From assembly GCF_001194135.2 (NCBI RefSeq), contig NC_068987.1, positions 91,309,829-91,363,390 of the forward strand: DNA of 53,562 nucleotides, given 5' to 3'. Below the pieces are notes generated by a model. It worked only from the letters and a program-made list of their open reading frames with translations. It did no database searches and had not been told where the DNA came from. This document shows, piece by piece, positions 50,920-53,562 of the stretch. The position numbers were made by a program, and so were the translations under genes. Within the stretch, counting starts at the first letter, position 1; each line of letters opens with the position of its first letter. The DNA is from Octopus bimaculoides (taxonomy: Eukaryota).

Positions 50920-52902
50920 GTTAACAGGGGTGACAAATGGGAAATTTAGTAATAGGAGGGGATACAAATGCCTCAAAGACCTGTTCAGACGTTTCCAACT
51001 GTCTGACAGGTACCGAATGGACCATCCGAATGTGCCACTGTGGTCATGGAGCATCTGCACCGGGTCATCCAGATCATATTTAGATAGAGTATTCAAGGAC
51101 AATGGATAAGGATAGTGTAGGTTGTCCACAATTCTATATAGTCAACTACACAGATCACAAATTTGTGACTTGTACACTTGACTTAGATAAGACACAGACA
51201 GGGTCCCGGTTACTGGAAGCTGAACGCGTCGTTCACGGCACGCCAGGCTTACAGGGACCGGATTAGCACATTAGTTAGGAGAGCATTGACGGTTGCCATC
51301 ATCAACAAAAGATGGTGATATGCCATAAAGAAAGCAATTAAAGCAGAATCGGTTCGGTATAATAAGACAGTGGGCTTGTGGTTCGGCGCCTGGAGAAGCA
51401 AGCCCATACTGTCCAATAGCGTCTCCACGTGGGACGCTGGACCGACGGACCGGTTAAATTGCTCGGAGTTTGGTTCGGTCCGGACCTCCAGATGGGGAAG
51501 AACTAGGGCAAGGTAACGAATAGGGTGGCCACTCTCACCAGCAATGGGCTGAGAGGAAGCTATCCTTAAAAGATCGGGTGGAGGGTAGCGAACGCGTACA
51601 TCGCATCCGTTATCAATTACTGTCTGACCGTCGTGACTTGTCCCGACCCTACCATCACCAAACTGGAACGCATACTCTTCCGCTTCTTGTGGAAGGGAAG
51701 CGTTCCGACGGTTAGACGATCCATTTGCTGTCAACACTCGCTAAATGGAGGGCTGAGCATGCTGTGGTTGATGATGCGCAGACATGCGCTGAGACTGTGA
51801 CATCTCCGGCGCTTCATAGACGACGGTGAACAGGTGTGGTCGCCATTTGTGCGGCGCGCTTTCCTGCAGCTCGTCTCTTTGGCCGAACTGCAGTCGTTTA
51901 TTAAGCAGAAACCGAGTCTAGGCGAATGGCACTGCGAGTGCCGCCTAGCTCTCAAGCGCCTCTGCTCTCCGGGACCAAACTTGTGCGATTTCATTTCCAC
52001 AAAGGCGTTCTATAATGGATTAGTTGAGGGAAGGTACGATGACGTTCTTGGGCTGAATCTGGGCTTCGACGAGGAACACCTGACCCGCTTGTTCAGGACA
52101 ACTTTCCGGCCGTGACCTATGGACAACCACCAGAGATCCCGGGTCTGGCAATGCTATCGAGTAGCATCGCCCGTTCGGGATAAGCTGTACAGGAACGATT
52201 CGTGACGTACCGGACCGACTTGCCCGAGATGCGGTCAGAGCGACGAAACCGTTCTGCATTTATTCGTGCAGTGTCCAACTATTTCGGACCTGTGGGCTTA
52301 TGCCGAATGGCTGCTGTCAAGTGTGGGACAAGTCCACCTGTCAGCCGAGTCTATCGTGAAAATTGCACCACCACTTTCCCTCAGCCGGGAAGGCAAGGTA
52401 GTGTTCATCGTACTTGTAGCCATGGTGAAAGAATGTGTGTGGTGGACTCGAGCAAAAGGACTAGAGACAAACACTTATCTCTCTGACCAATCTCTCATCA
52501 ACTTTTTCAAGTACCACATGAAAAGGAAGGTGAGAATGGAGAGGCAGGCTTTGTCTGATGAAAGTTTCAAGAAAAGTTGGGTGAATGTAGCAAAGATGAT
52601 GCGTGTGAGTGACGAAACCACTTTGAGCATGATCCGGTAAGTCGAAAAAAGAGAGAGAGAATGAGAGCACTTCGCTCTCATGTATTTATTCCTTCCCTGC
52701 CTGAGGTTACCGTGGTCTTTTCTGTAGGCTTTTCTTGCCACGGATAAACCTAATTTGTTTTTCACATTTATGATATTTTCTATGATACACGATCCCTTTT
52801 GATCCCTTTTGATCGGCATTTAAATTTTTTTTCTTATTTTCGAAAAGAAAAGTTCTACATTGTATTTGCTCCTCTGTGTTCGGCCCTGTGTAGCTAATAA
52901 AC
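50920..52902 (+). mobile_element. Tx1/L1-clade LINE remnant: APE endonuclease end, linker, deleted RT core, thumb, CCHC zinc finger and 3' UTR
   Basis: Plus-strand frames: LSDRYRMDHPNVPLWSW..SRSYLDRV..TDHKFV (APE); GPGYWKLNAS; TVGLWFGAW; VKLLGVWFG; WAERKLSLKDR..ANAYIAS; LERILFRFLWKG; GGLSM; WQCYRVASPVRDKL; CPRCGQSDETVLHLFVQC; KECVWWTR; stop at 52640; AATAAA just before (TATC)n. Confidence 0.92.
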
Positions 52903-52957
<55 letters not shown>

Positions 52958-53007
52958 CTTACCTACCTACCTACCTACCTACCTACCTACCTACCTACCT
53001 ACCTACC

Positions 53008-53064
<57 letters not shown>

Positions 53065-53089
53065 GTCTCTCTCTCTATCCATCCATCCG

Positions 53090-53149
<60 letters not shown>

Positions 53150-53235
53150 CCTACCTACCTACCTACCTGTCTGTCTGTCTGTCTGTCTCTCTATCCATCC
53201 ATCTATCTATCTATCTTATCTATCTATCTCTATGG
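52903..53235. repeat. Compound (TATC)n-(TACC)n-(TGTC)n microsatellite directly after the LINE 3' end
   Basis: Direct inspection. Confidence 0.95.
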
Positions 53236-53562
53236 ACGGACGGTAGACGTGTCGGCTCTGTAAGTTTTGCCTTTTTCATGTTTTAAAAAGTTTGTTTGTA
53301 AAATTTATTTTATATACAAAGTTGTATAACAACTTGTAGACTCTCTGGTGCAAGTTTTTTGCGACGGAAATCTGCCCTGTGTGGCACATTTCCAGGATAT
53401 AAAAACCAATTTCGGCTTTCTAGCCATTTTTTTTGAGACGATGGCGTCTTGTAGCCATGAAAATCTTTGTGACACGAACGCTGCATTTTGCAGTGTTTCG
53501 TTCGAAAAAGAATTTCCTAGTCTTCCTTCCTCACAGTTAAACGAGAGAATGGAGAAAAGGAA

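Noticed and set aside
50851-51129. 92-aa minus-strand ORF
   Set aside because: Antisense to the LINE APE endonuclease remnant.
51249-51737. 162-aa minus-strand ORF with a globular-looking sequence
   Set aside because: It is the antisense shadow of the Tx1 ORF2; the plus strand carries the diagnostic LINE motifs.

Overview
Repeat-rich, AT-rich eukaryotic scaffold sequence with many N gaps, most of them flanked by (TA)n. The SINE families and microsatellite load suggest a coleoid cephalopod, probably Octopus (inference). No complete protein-coding gene is recognisable, so the window looks intergenic or deep-intronic. Most ORFs in the track are microsatellite, N-gap or antisense-shadow artefacts. 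Supported content: two decayed Tc1/mariner transposases (69-1150 +, 8224-8885 -); a Helitron helicase C-terminus preceded by a ~750 bp TTCCNGGAA-rich minisatellite (10505-11590); two restriction-like-endonuclease (R4/Dong-type) LINE fragments; a Penelope-like GIY-YIG 3' fragment; a Tx1/L1-clade LINE with its RT core deleted (about 50920-52902); a hAT-type MITE; a ~150 bp foldback hairpin; and more than 20 tRNA-derived SINE copies from several families. The most interesting signal is a set of minimal hammerhead-ribozyme-like motifs. One has an intact core at 17874-17910. One is a degenerate copy forming the tail of a tRNA-headed SINE (44135-44428 -). Two are relics in Penelope-type termini. A few isolated candidate exons are reported at low confidence.
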